Of a DNA stretch of 64,000 bases, positions 35,647-49,225 are shown in pieces. A program made the position numbers and the translations under genes. Source of the stretch: Octopus sinensis (Eukaryota); assembly GCF_006345805.1 (NCBI RefSeq), contig NC_043006.1, positions 62,001 through 126,000 of the forward strand, given 5' to 3'. The stretch's first letter is position 1. Every line of letters begins with the position of its first letter. Under the pieces are notes generated by a model, which saw only the letters and a program-made list of their open reading frames with translations, did not search any database and was not told the DNA's origin.

Positions 35647-38600
35647 CTCGAAAACGATGTAGTACTTTTTTGGGTGAACCGCCGCTTGTTTACGTTCTTT
35701 GTACGTTTGTATGGTACATGAGTCAAGGTACTGTTTTAAATTTTGTTAATATCGTTTGTTTAAGAATTGTTTGTCGATATACTGAACTCTAACTGGTTTT
35801 GAACCAGAAAATTTTGTTATTCTCCTCCTATAAGGAGGGGAAATACTGCGTGTTGTAACACAATTTAAAAAAAAAAAAAAGGAAAAAACCACATAATTCT
35901 GAAAAATGAACAAAAACATTTTTTCAGCTGAGAAAATGTTCGATGAAAAAATGTCCAACGGAGGTTTACCCTCAAAAGAAAATGTTATAGATTCGTCTAC
36001 CAAATTGAAAATTGTCGAAGGCTCGCCTGTTGAAAAAACTAAAGATGCCGAAGTTTCGCCTGCGGAAAAGCTGAAGCCGACGAAGGTTCGCCTGCTGGAA
36101 AAACAGCTAATGTTGCTGAAGCGGAAAAAAGTATAAAAACAGGTAAAGTAGCCGAAAGTTCACCTTCTGATGGAGCAACCAAAGGAATTGAAGGTTCGTC
36201 TTCCAAAGGAAAAGAGAAGACATACAATTTCGCAGCTGCTGCAGGGAGAAAAATGGAAGAGATCAAGATGGAGGAGGTAGATTATGAGAACTACAAGAAA
36301 ATGTTTACAAAGGAGGGGAACAAGGTTAAAGCAACCCTCCCACAAATAATAAGAGAAGAAACGCAAAAAAGAGTCGTAATTTACAAGTCTTATTTAACAA
36401 AAGAGAAAAAAATCGAGAAAATATCAAAGGACCAAGCAGAGAAGTGTCTGCAATCGGTATGGACCGACATAGATTATGTAAATTGGGGGGAAAAGTACGC
36501 CACTATCGAGATATAGTTTAGAGATGAAGAAATGGCAAAGAAACATTCTTTGACCCCAATTAAAACAAGCGAGGTAATTTTATTACCCTCCTATTTGGGG
36601 AGGAGAACTGCCAAAATAAGGGTCGAAGATATTCCACCAGAAATTGAGGTGAAGTGGTTGCTCCCAGCATTAATGATGGGGCTGGAGAAGAAGATAAGGG
36701 TGGTGAATATCACGAAGATTAAAAGAGAAAATTGGAGAGGACAAACTCTGCATATAATAGTACAGGCAACCCCAGAAACGATGGAAGAAATCCCAGAGAA
36801 CATCCAGTTCGACGAGGAAAGGTAGTGGAAGGGCGAAAGCCTCGATGCTACGAATGTGGCGAAAAGGGACACATTCGTATGGAGTACTCTACCCGGAAAA
36901 AAGTGGAAGAGGAAAAAAGGACAGAAGAAGAGGAGAAGAAGAGGGAGGAAGAAAAGACAAAGGAGGACGAAAATGCCTTCACACCGGTGAGGCCAAGGAA
37001 AAACCCAAAGAGGAAAAACATTGATACTAACCCACCCAACCCAGACACACACAAAAAGAAATCCAACATACAGGGGGGGGGAATCTACCCCACCCCCACA
37101 AAAAGAGAAAAAAGAGAAGACCCCCCAGCCCAACACAAGCTAACCCCACTCCCCAGTCCCGAGCAACTCCCTTCCCTCCCAAACCCCTCCCCAGGTTCCC
37201 CCATATCATACTCCCCGATCTCCTCCCCATCACCACCACAAAGCCCCCAAAAAGGGGAAAAAATAATAGAATTCGAGACGGTATACATTGCTATAAACAA
37301 TGCAAACGACAGACTAACTAAATATCTGGACAATGTCCCAACGGCACACAACATCAACACACACAGGGTACTCCCCAAGAATGTCGAGGTTTTCAAGATT
37401 GACAGAATGAACTATAATATAATAAGAGAGGAGTACCCGGGGGACATTAAGGGTCCGCGACTCAACTTACACGAGTCATTATTTAAAGCGGACTTCCCCC
37501 ACCCCCCACGACCACCAGAGCAGGAAAAAACTGATAAGGTAAGTAATGTCTCACATTTGTGTAGGGTGTTTGAATGTGCGTGGCCTGATGACGAGCTGGA
37601 AGCAAGGGCGCCTCCTAAATGACATCAGGTCACGGGATTTAGATGTTGTTGTTGCCACAGAAACCCGATTAAAGGGGCCAAGAGATCTGCTCCCGCTGTT
37701 TGACGGTTACGAGAGTATTATCTCTCCGAACCCGTCGTGCGGCGGAAGCGGGGTGTTGGTCCTGGTGAAAAAGAACCGGGTCTCTGAGAAAAAGTTGATT
37801 TTTACAGATCCGGAAGGTAGGCTGGTCGTCGTTGAATTGACGTTCAGTAGCCGTAAGACAATCAGGCTGGTTGCGGTTTACGCTCCCCCCGGTAAGGGGA
37901 AAAGTGATTATTATCGGAACCTGGAGAAGTTTCTGAGTACATCGTGCCCAGTAGTAATGTTAGGTGACTTCAACACAATCTGCGATGTGCGGGTAGACTG
38001 TGAAGGCTCGCGAACAGACAGAAGAGGAAATGCTTGCTTCCTGGATCTACTAAGACGTTTTGAGCTGGTAGACCCATATAGACTGGAACATCCGGGCGCT
38101 CCACTGTGGACGTGGTCAAATAGCGACGGATCGTTAAAGTCATACATAGAGAGGATATTAATTAGGAAGGTAGATAAGAACCTAGTTAAGAGTCCACAAC
38201 TCCATATAGTCAGCTACAGTGACCACAAGATGGTCACCTGTAGGCTAGACGTAGATAAATAGAGGTCCTGGTTACTGGAAACTTAATACGTCCATTTTGG
38301 CGATTAAGGAGTACAGGGACAGGATTAGGTTAATAATCCAGAGGGCCTTGACCGGCTCCATTGGTAACAACAAATGGTGGTATGCCCTTAAGCGAGCCAT
38401 AAAATATGAGTCCATTAGGTATAGTACTAATCTTGTAGCTAGAGAGGCTAGAAAGGTAACTACACTAGTTAAGGACTTAGAGGAAGCAATGCGAACTGGC
38501 AATGCAGACCAGGTGAAGGTCAAGAGACTGGTTCTTAACCAGCACCTCGAAGCCAAACATGGGTTGCATTATCAGGGCTAGACAACGTACAATGGGGAGC

Positions 38601-41136
38601 GAAGGAATCAAGGCTGCAGGATGGGCCCGAGTAGTGGAAGCCCAACGTGGCAACGATGCTACAATTCGATCTCTGGCGAACCAACAGGGTAAGTTGACAG
38701 ACGAGCCCGAAGAGATGTGTCAAGCTTTTCAGGACCACTTCGCCCAGCTTTTTTGGGGGGGAGCGGCGGACCGGATAGGGGGAGGGGCCTTACGGACCTC
38801 CTCGACGGGCTGCCGCGCCTCTCGGGGCAGGATGCGAAGTGTAGTGAGGAGCCGATCACACCTGGGGAGGTAATAGAGGCCATGGCGGACTGCGGTGCGG
38901 GTAAGGCGCCGGGACTGGATGGTCTACCCTACGAGCTTTATAAAAGTATGCCGGACTTGTTCGGGGACTTACTGACGGACGTCTACGCAAACTGGCAACA
39001 GAACGGGTTTATTCCCAGATCTGTGCGCCGGGGAGTGGTGATGCTAATCAGGAAGGACCAGAGCAAGAGGGATGTAATAGATAATTTCAGGCCCATCACT
39101 CTGTTTAACGCAGAGCTGAAGATTTTGGCCAAAGTGTTATCGAACAGATTGGTGCGTGTCGCGAATGGACTGATTGGGAAAGCGCAAACGTGCGCCGTAC
39201 CAGGCAGAGCCATTCAGGATAATCTCCATCTTATTAGATACACGTTAGAGGGAATAAATAATGATCCCGGCAAGGAAGGGGTAGTGGTCCATTTAGACCA
39301 GTCAAAAGCTTTCGATAGGGTCGACCATCACTACCTGGTGTCCGTTCTGGCTCAGTTCGGCCTGGATCTTGGCTTCCTCAGGTGGATCATCGAAATGTAT
39401 GACAACGTTGACTCGGTAGTTCGGGTGAACGGCTTTCTTTCTAAGCCGTTCAAAGTCAAACGCTCGGTCCGCCAGGGATGTCCGCTCTCCCCGCTTTTGT
39501 ATGTAGTGGCTCTTGAGCCGCTGTTGCGAAAAACTGAGCGGCATCCCGAGGCAACCAGGACGTGATATGTCAGTTTCGGCGTACGCGGATGACATCACTA
39601 TCATTGTGACTGAAGTGGACCACCTACGTAAAGTAGGCAAGGCCATAGAGGTTTACGAGACGGTGACAGGAGCAAAAGTTAATCGTGAAAAGTCGGTCGG
39701 CTTGCAATTCGGCACCTGGAGAGGCAAGTCAATGCCTCCAGACAGCGTCGTGGGACGTTGGACGGAGGGCCCGATTAAGTTGCTCGATGTTTGGTTCGGT
39801 CAGACCTCCAAATAGAGAAGAACTGGAGCGAGGTATCGAGCAAGGTGGCTGCAATAGTCAAGATTTGGTCTTGGCGGTGGTTATCCTTGAAAGGTAGGGC
39901 GGAGGTAGCCAATGTGTTTATCGCATCGGTGATCACCTACCGCCTTGCCGTCGTGCCTTGCCCGGATTCGTGGTTGAGCAAGTTGGAGAGACAGCTCTTT
40001 CGCTTCTTGTGGAAGGGCTCGAAACCGCTTGTGAGACGCTCTGTCTGTTGTCAAAAACCGTTACAGGGTGGACTAGGGATGCCGTGGCTAATGATGCGCA
40101 GAAATGCGCTGAGGCTAAGGCACCTGTGGCTCCATCTGGGTAGTGAACGGGTGTGGTCTCCGCTGGCGAAACAGATGTTCCCCAGGTTCACCAGTTTCGG
40201 TGGCCGGGAGGGCTGGTATAATCACAGATCAAAGTTGGGTACGTGGTATACGGAGTGTCGCAAGGTACTCCGACTATTCCGTCGCTCGGGCAATGCCTGC
40301 GGCAGTGGTTCTACCGCTGTGTTTTATAGAGGGTTTGTAGAGGCCGGTAACGATGATACGCTAGGGGAAACCCTAGGTTTCGACGATAATCAGCTGGCCA
40401 GTCTGTTCCAACGTACATTCGGGCCGAAGACCCTGGATAATTTCCAGAAGTCTTTGGCTTGGCAGTGCTACCGAGGAGCCTTACCTGTTCGGGACAAGCT
40501 TGCAAGGCACGGTTGCCAAGTCAGCCCGACCTGTGCGAGGTGTTGGCGAGAACGGGAAACCGTCTCGCACGCGGTCGTGCAGTGTCCGGAGATGGCAGAT
40601 ACGTGAGCTTGTGCCGAACAACTAATGTCAGGTGAACGAAGAGTACAGCTATCAGCCGAATCTATTGTAAAAATCAGCCCACCTGATTTCTTAACGAAAG
40701 AAGGTAAGTTTTGTTTTCTCGCCGTGGTTTCAACTGCGAAACAGGCAGTATGGAAGACAAGGATGAAAGGGATAATAACAGGCGACTTCATCTCTGGTTC
40801 AGGTCTGGTGGAATATTTTAAATTTCACCTGAAAAGACATATAGAACTGGAGAGAAGGAGCCTGAGTAAGAAAGTGTTTGATGAAAGATGGAAAAATATG
40901 GCGAGTAAAAGCGAGATAGGACGCAAAAGAAATCACAAGGCTAAGTGTCGTGGCGGGGAGCATGGAGTCGCGGACCCGCCCCACTGCATTTTGTAATTTT
41001 GTTAATTTGTCTTTGTGTAATCATTCGGTTTTTATTGTTCATTCCGATTTTAACTGACCCCAAAAGTTCAGAATTTTTTTCATCATTCGTGATTGTATGT
41101 TTACTCTGTGTCGCCCCTAGTGGGTAATAAAGAAAT
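35647..41136 (+). mobile_element. Near full-length L1/Tx1-clade LINE (ORF1 plus ORF2), broken by stops and frameshifts, 21-bp TSD
   Basis: ORF1 ~35906-37622 with knuckle CYECGEKGH. ORF2 ~37546-40996 with APE (LNVRGL, ETRL, VYAP, GDFN, SDH), RT (KAPGLDG, FRPITL, DQSKAFDRV, QGCPLSP, YADD) and C-terminal CARC..ETVSHAVVQC. TSD tacttcagaaaatcttcgata at 35626-46 and 41137-57. Confidence 0.93.
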
Positions 41137-41387
41137 TACTTCAGAAAATCTTCGATATTCAAAAACTGGACTTTCACCAACTGAATACTCAACATGTAGT
41201 GCCTTAATGCTTTTTGCTGGATTTTACCTCGAGAAAGGAACCCTGAGGAAGGAGGGCTGAATTTCGAATACTTCGTACAACCACTTTTCTGAAATGGCTG
41301 CAGGTTAGGAAAAAGATTTTAATCGCCTCTTTCAATTTAGGTTTTTATTTTTCACGTTTATATTCGTATTTCAATGTTATACGTAGA

Positions 41388-41953
41388 TTGGGTTGTCCGG
41401 AAAGTTCGTTCCGATTTTTAAAGGAAAGTAAAGGTCACTAAATACTTGCCATTACATTTTTAATCAACCAAATATGAACCATTTCGTTGCACAATACGTC
41501 TCCATCTTTCCTTTAACTTGAAAATACCCTCTTCCCAGAATTGAGGTGCTTTCAAGGCAAAGAATTCATCAAAGTATCTTTTTACGTCATCCAAGGAATT
41601 GAAACTTTTACCATTAAGACTATGCTGCAGAGACCTGAATAAGTGGAAATCCGAAGGAGCAATATCTGGTGAATATGGAGGATGGGGTAACACATCCCAG
41701 CCGAGCTGCAGCAATTTTTTTCTGGTTCCCAAAAGCATCAAGTGCCGAAAATGAACTTTCTTATCTTCCATTTTAAAGGGTTACAAAATTAACACAGGTT
41801 ATAGGAACATAAACCTTCTTCCACGAAAAGATAGCTTAAACTGTGCTCTTAATGGAGGTGTAGTCAAATCCTATTTTATGGACTCAAACATGTTCTAAAA
41901 TAAATCGAAAGATAAGCTACTATAAATCGGCACGAACTTTCCGGACAACCCAA
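41388..41953 (-). mobile_element. Internally deleted mariner with both TIRs
   Basis: TIRs ttgggttgtccggaaagttcg / cgaactttccggacaacccaa. ORF 41460..41771 fuses the N-terminus MEDKKVHFRHLML to LPHPPYSPDIAPSDFHLF. Confidence 0.92.
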
Positions 41954-42614
41954 TATTTCCATATTTTTATCATGAAACTCTTAACATAAATATGTGTATA
42001 TTCGTATGGAATAACACCAACTTTAGCTGCTTGCTGATGTTCGAAAAGGAAACTTTTTGCTGTAATATACGATTTTTGGTCTCGTGATTGGACTAAGGTT
42101 ACGTTGTTTTCCCATTATTAATAAATTGTATAATAACATTAAATTATAACTTTATATGGTGCATTTAGGCTCGTTGTGTGACCACCCATTTTGGCCAAAA
42201 AATTTGCATACATATTACATGGATTTAAAGTAATTTTACCGGTAAATTTGAAACGTTTATATTACGTTCTCAGTTCAAATTCCGCCGAGGTCGACTTTGC
42301 CTTTCATCCTTTCGGGGCCGATAAATAAAGTACCAGTTACGCACTGGGATCGATGTAATCGACTTAATCCGTTTGTCTGTCCTTGTTTGTCCCCTCTATG
42401 TTTAGCCCCTTGTGGGCAGTAAAGAAATATATATTAATTTGGCATTAGAATTCTTCAAGTTGTATAAAAATTGTTTGCATCATTCGAAAGAGAAATAAAT
42501 TTTGCATAAGGTGTAAAAGATATAAATAATTTGTATAGTGTTAGTAACAACATATTTTGTAAGAAATAGAACTTTTATTGTCGGTCTTAAATATATTTTC
42601 GCCAGTGTATATAT

Positions 42615-43700
42615 CTCAAGTCATCCCATAAGTTCTGTCCGAATTTTGGATAAAGAATCCAAGTGATCAAATGTTATATTTAATTGAAATCTAATCATCA
42701 ATGTACTTTCCCTGATTATCTATGACTTACTTCCATCTATTTACAAGCTTTTTAATCCCTTCAATGTAAAACTCTTGGTTTCAAAGCAAAGAACTCTGAA
42801 ATGTCAGTTTCGACCTCCTCCTGGCTTGCGAAAGTTATGTCCCCCAAAGGATTCTGTAAACTACGAAACAAATGGTAGTCTGAAGGAGTAAGGTTGGGAG
42901 AATAAAGTGGATGAGGAATTTTTTCCCAACCAAGCTCTTCCATCTTCTGTGAGGTGATCTTTGCTGTGTGGGGTCGTGCATTGTCCTGATGAAACATCAC
43001 TCCTTTTCGATTCACTAAAGCGGCTCTTTTTTCCTTCAAAGCTTGGTTCAAACGCTCTAATTGCTGACAGTAGACTTGAGCATTGATTGTTGCATTAGGT
43101 GGTAACAATATAAAGTGAATTATGCCTTTGCAATCGCACCAGATAGAGTAGAACCTTTTTCCCATGAAGTTCTCTTCTCGGTTGTGGTTGAGCATTTTCC
43201 CTTTTACCAAGCCACTGTTTACGATGTTTAACATTTCGATAGAAAATCCATTTTTCGTCACCAGTCTATCGAAAAAGGGTGAAATGAGTTTGCGAGAATG
43301 GAGAAAAGAGCAGATGTCAACTCGGGATTTGCGGTTGCTTTCGGACAATACATGAGGCACCTATTTTCCAAGTTTAGGAATCTTTCCACGTTGTTGAAGA
43401 TGACGATAAACTGTTGTATGGTTTGAAGTAAGCTTTATTGCCAATTCTTCAACTGATAATGACGGATTTTCTTCAAGTAATGCCTCAAGGAGCTTGTCAT
43501 CAAACTCAACTGGATATCCCATTCGATATTCATCTTCAATTTTGCAAACGATCTCCTGCAAGTTCTTTCATTCAAGCACTTTCCCATAAACTGAGTATAT
43601 GTTTCGAGTCACTTCGACTGCAGAGTTACCTTTATTGTACTCAAAGAATTATATGTGCCTTAAATGCTCCTTGGATACTTCCATGTTGAAAGGGTTTTAA
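42615..43700 (-). mobile_element. Mariner (DD34D) transposon, decayed, 5' end missing
   Basis: ORFs 43361..43561 and 42761..43360 include WMPHVLS and HQDNARPH-x-YSPNLTPSD with 34 residues between the last two catalytic D. One TIR-like end at ~42615-42640. Confidence 0.88.
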
Positions 43701-43712
43701 TCAAAGCAATTT

Positions 43713-45032
43713 TAGGGTGTCCAGGAAGTCTGGGTACATGGAATAAAATCATAACATAAACAAATATAAGAAATAATAATTTTCCTTTTGTTTAAATTAA
43801 ATAAAAAAAAATACTTTACTTTTCTAAATTTATTTGTTATTTTTTCTACAGATGATCGAATGATGGCTCTGTCTAAAGAAGAAAGAATCCCAGATCGAAT
43901 GATGGATCTGTCTAAAGAAGAAAGAATCGAGTTAGTATTATTAAGTGGACGAGAGGGATGGTATTGTCGCAAAATTGCGGAAGAATTTAATCTTCGATAC
44001 CCTTATAGGTAACCTATTTTGTTTTACTGCCGTCGGGAAATTGATCAAGAAATTTAAAGAAACAGGCAGTGTTTTGGATAAACCCCGTTCCAGGCGACCA
44101 AAGACTTCAGATGAAACGAAAGAGGCTGTCATGGCTAAAGTTTTTGCTTGCCCAAAGAAATCACTTCGTCGGACATCCACGGTGTTAGGTGTTCCAAAAC
44201 CAACCATCCACAAAATGCTGGTTGAGGAAAAGTTTCATCGATACACCCTACAGATATTGCATCACTTAAATGAAGACGACCCTGATAGACGAATGTAGAC
44301 GTGCGAATGGTTTTCAGATAAATTGGATGAAAATATCAATTTTACGAAAAACTTTGTTGTTCAGTGACAAAGCTACGTTTTATGTAAATGGTGAGGTCAA
44401 CAGACAGAATCTTCTATACTGGTCTCGAGGTAATCCACATTAGAAGGATCCATCCAAACAGCAAGGCAGCAAAAAGGTGATCGTGTGGTGTGGTTTGTGG
44501 AAAGCTCATGTTCTAGGACCCTTCTTCATTGAACATGTAACGGATGAGACTTATGTAAACATATTGAGACAAATTAATATCTCAAATTGAGCGCCTAGGC
44601 GAGGGCCTTCCGAATCGGTTTCAGCAGGATGGGTCCCCTACCCATTTTGCCACAACTGTTAGAGATTGGCTTAATGAGACTTTTCCTCACTGGATTGGAA
44701 GAAGGGCTCATATGGAAAGGTCCCCTCGTTCACCAGACCTTTCTCCCCTTGATTTCTTTTTCTGGGGTATGTTGAAAGAGAAAGATTACAATAAAGACTA
44801 CAGATTTAAAACACATGAGAGAACGCATTACCAGTCAGTGTGCTGAAATTGATGGCAATGTAGACTTCTTTAATCAAGTTCACCTGAATTTTGCAAGGCG
44901 CATCCGGTTATGCATTGAAAAAGGATGGAAATCACTTCGAAAATATTATTTATTAACATTATAATTAAATAAAATTGTTGTGTTTTAAAAGTATGTGTTA
45001 ATCCCCATGTACGCAGACTTTGTGGACACCCT
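43713..45032 (+). mobile_element. rosa/Visitor-like (DD40D) Tc1/mariner transposon with both TIRs
   Basis: TIRs agggtgtccaggaagtctgggtacatgg / ccatgtacgcagactttgtggacaccct. KFKETGSVLDKPRS, FSDKATF, and QQD-x40-D (GSPTH..WIGRR..PRSPDLSPLD). In-frame stops are present. Confidence 0.88.
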
Positions 45033-46019
45033 CTATTATTTTGTAAAACAATATTGAATTAGTTTAAAGTACACAAATGCATAAAAATAATTTTTAATTA
45101 AATTAGACATTTAAAAATACTATTAAATTTCATTCAAATCTAAAAAAAAAGGTAAAATTAGACCGAACTGATTGGATGACTTGATATATATAATCTATGA
45201 TATTCTAGTAGGTTTCAAGTTTATAACACCTTGATATCTCATGTTATCTCATTTTATATGCCTAAGACGTTTATTTTCTATTCTGGTTTTTATATATTTC
45301 TATTCATTATATTTGTATCTAAAATATATTTTAAGCCGAAATATAATACGATCCTTGTACAAACGAAAGAACAAGAATATCCTCTGGAACTTTTATCTTC
45401 CACCGGTGTTTGTAATCGATGGTGACATGTGCGATGATTTTGCGACTATCTTATGTTTTATAGAGAAATTGGAAGCCCCGAATGTAAGCCACCACTTTAT
45501 GTATAATACAATATTTATAGTTCTCTATTTCTAACTCAAATTCTGCCCTCAATAATTATAGATCTCTATTTCTAAATGTAATTTTTTTTCTTCTTGTTCA
45601 GTTTATAACTATAACACACATTCTTGTCTGTCTCTCGACAAATTTTTTTTTCTCCAGCGTTCAACACTTCACCTCGTTAGGGTTAAACAGCCCTTACCGA
45701 ATGTTTTCACTGTCCTGTTTTTGTTAGCAGCTTTGACGTTCCACGTATCTCAAATTTTATTTAATTTGCTTTGGGGGAGCAATTGCTTTGACGAAGACGC
45801 ATCTTGTTGCACTGCTCGCAATGCGGAGTAGATAAATCTGCCAACAATTCAGGAAGGGTTGTTTTTTTTATGCTGCCTTCGCGCTATAGTTCTCTATATA
45901 TAATGGAAATTCTTTCTTTCGCCCAGCCCAGCCCATTTGTAATAGCGATACCAATGCCGCCCAGAGCGAGCTCTGGTCGGCATAGCGTCGACTGTGAGCT
46001 GGTAGCTGTGTACAGTCGC

Positions 46020-46119
46020 GTGTATAATTTGAATGAAATTGGTTGTGTAGTTCTCAAGTTTTAGAGAAACACACAGACAGACACACATTCTCAGTTTTAT
46101 ACGTATATATATATATAGA
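46020..46119 (-). mobile_element. Helitron-like 5' terminal fragment
   Basis: On - it reads atctatatatatatatacgtataaaactgagaatgtgtgtctgtctgtgtg, paralleling the tctttatatataaaagtgaggttgtgtgtctgtc start of the other Helitrons. Confidence 0.5.
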
Positions 46120-46135
46120 TATTAATAATTAATAA

Positions 46136-46549
46136 CAGCACGCTAAAAATAGCAGTCAGAAGGTGACCACAACCACAAATTTTCACACATTAATTGAAAT
46201 CAGGGCAATGAGCAGAAATTCTAAGACCACATACCGATAATGAAAAGAATCGTAAATTGAAAAGCCAGACATTCCCTTATCGTTACGATTTCAAACTTTG
46301 TGAAAATGCCACTTAGTTCTCGTCGGCGAATCTTACTGACCCAGGGGTCATACAACCTGCCCATCTCAAACAATGTGCGCGATGACCGATTTTAATGCCG
46401 CAGCAAATTTAAAAAGGTGATCGAAGTGAACAGTAAGTTATAAAAACGTGTATAAGGATATTGTTGTTTACAATAATATCAAGAAGAATAACATGCGTAA
46501 AAAATATACGATAAGGTGAAAAGTTCTGACTGCTACTTTTAGCATGCTG
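46136..46549. mobile_element. Unclassified MITE-like element with 26-bp inverted ends
   Basis: cagcacgctaaaaatagcagtcagaa versus ttctgactgctacttttagcatgctg (24/26 match). No clear TSD. Confidence 0.55.
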
Positions 46550-46975
46550 GTGCTATTTGTAGCACCATTAATTATTAATTATTAATTAATATATTGTCAG
46601 GATGTAAATAAACGCATTGTTTCGACAGAATCTAAATTAAATCCAAGTCCAGCCGAAATACACGTGGTGTTGTCATTATTCCAAAAATAGCCCAGATTGT
46701 GACCTTTTCAACTCTACTGGTTAAAACAAAATGACGAGTTGTCCAAGGAATTTTCTTACTTTGCAGACATAGACCATCCTTAAATGATGACTGGTAGTAC
46801 TAATGCTTCGTATCAGGTTACCTTATGTATGTGTTTTACTGTTATCATCATTCCTCTCCCAAATATTGCTACCTCTACTACTTTTATTATTATTGTAGAT
46901 ATTGTAAGTAATGAGCAATAAGTCTTATTTAATTTGCTAATTTTATAATTAAATCAAATTTATTTAAATTTAAAG

Positions 46976-47348
46976 AGGCGCAGGAGTGGCTGTGTGGTAA
47001 GTCGCTTGCTTACCAACCACATGGTTCCGGGTTCAGTCCCACTGCTTGGCACCTTGGGCAAGTGTCTTCTACTATAAGTGTCTTCCGACCAAAGCCGGAA
47101 ACTGAAAGAAGCCCGTCGTATATATGTATGTGTGTGTCTGTGTGTCTGTGTTTGTCCCTCCAACATCGCTTCATAATCGATGCTGGTGTGTTTACGTCCC
47201 CGTAACCTAGCGGTTCGGCAAAAGAGACCGATAGAATAAGTACTAGGCTTACAAAGAATAAGTCCTGGAGTCGATTTGCTCGACTAAGGGCGGTGCTCCA
47301 GCATGGCCGCAGTCAAATGACTGAAGCAAGTAAAAGAGTAAAAGAGTA
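46976..47348 (+). mobile_element. SINE family A
   Basis: Full head, internal microsatellite and tail; short internal deletion. Confidence 0.9.
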
Positions 47349-47935
47349 TATCGTTACTTTCATTCCCAAATTGTTCTGTAATCCTTAGAATAAGGTTAAT
47401 TTATTTAGGAGTTTAATTTAACTCCCCTCTATTGGTTACTTGATTTCAATTCTAAATGTGTTATTACATATGCAATTATTCAAATTTATGAAACGTATGT
47501 TTAGCTTGGTAAATACGTGTTGTGCTCCCACGTCTATAGTTAATGAATTTGAATTTTGATGTAAGAATTTGGTAAATTTCTTTCACACATAATTCACACC
47601 GTTTGCTTCCTCTGGTATTTGGATTGGCTCTACTAATTATTTCCCAAATAATTTTATATTCTTTATTATCTTTTAAGGATCAAATTTGTTTACTTAAACT
47701 AGTTATTTCCCTTTTTGCGGTCTCTAAATGAGTTATCGTGGTTGGCAATTGTACTTAATTTAGATTCTATCTGAACAATGCGTTTGTTTACAACCTGAAG
47801 AAGTGGCAACTAACAATAAGTGTACATAAAGATGCAAATTTTGCAGTGTGCAATAGTTAATTGCTGCAGAAAGATGTGTAGGTGCAGAAACGAAAGGAAG
47901 TGATTAACTGCTGAATAAAACTGGATATAAATCTA

Positions 47936-48338
47936 TAGGCGCAGGAGTGGCTGTGTGGTAAGTAGCTTGTTTACCAACCACATGGTTCCGGGTTCAGTCA
48001 CACTGCGTGGCACCTTGGGCAAGTGTCTTCTACTATAGCCTTGGACCGACCAAAGCCTTGTGAGTGGATTTGGTAGACGGAAACTGAAAAAGAAGCCCGT
48101 TGTACATATGTATATATATATGCGTGTGTGTGTTTGTGTGTCTGTGTTTGTCCCCCTAGCATTGCTTGACAACCGATGCTGGTGTGTTTATGTCCCCGTC
48201 ACTTAGCGGTTCGGCAAAAGAGACCGATAGAATAAGTACTGGGCTTACAAAAAGAATACGTCCCGGGTCGAGTTGCTCGATTAAAGGCGGTGCTTCAGCA
48301 TGGCCGCAGTCAAATGACTGAAACAAGTAAAAGAATAA
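47936..48338 (+). mobile_element. SINE family A
   Basis: Full head, internal microsatellite and tail. Confidence 0.9.
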
Positions 48339-49225
48339 ATCTGTATTCTCCTTTATTATAAATTCATTATTTTCTCTACCGGAAAAATGCAGTCTTTATG
48401 GAGACATGGATTTACTGATGTGAAGATAGACTGAGGCTAGTAAATCAAACTAACTGAAGTTTTCTTTATACACTCACGGAGGGTAGCCGGCACTTATATA
48501 TATATATATATATATATATATACTACGGGCTTCCTTAAGATGCCACGCAGTGGGACTGAACCGGGAACCATGTGTTTGAAAAGGAAGCTTCTTACCACAT
48601 AGTCATGCCTTATCTTGTTTTACTAATCTCTTTCAGGTACTTAACGAAATTAAAACGTTTTCTTTTTAAGTACTGATTTTCTAAAGCCTTAACATATTTT
48701 TTAAGATTTTAGTCATCTAGATGCCCTTTGTGACCCCCTGTTTCAGAACCACTGTTAGAGGGAGTGGTTTGAAGGAGATTTGGCTGTTCGTTTCTAGTCG
48801 ACCGAACAACAAGTTAGAGTTCTCCTCGATAGCTCGTTATCTCGGGTGTTGTCAGAGATTCTGAAGTTGGAGGGTGCTTAAATCATAAATCCTGTCTCGT
48901 CTACCTTTTCATTGAGATCTGTGCTACGTACTTTACCTAGTAATTGCGTAGTCGTGGCCAACTTCATACTCACTTGTTTTGTGAGACTGAGTTATAGCCT
49001 TATTTGAAATCGTAAATCCATCGGTGCATGCGTTAATTTTATAGATTTTCCTTTTTTGTCATTGAGACTTGATAAGTGATACAGTATTTATTGCTACTCT
49101 GTTAAGCCGCCTACACACTGCTTCAGACAAAATGGTCTTAAACGAAACACTATCAATGAGCGTCCGAAACCACGTTCATGAAATCTTGGTCATAACTTCA
49201 ACAATTGTCATTATTTTGTGAGATT

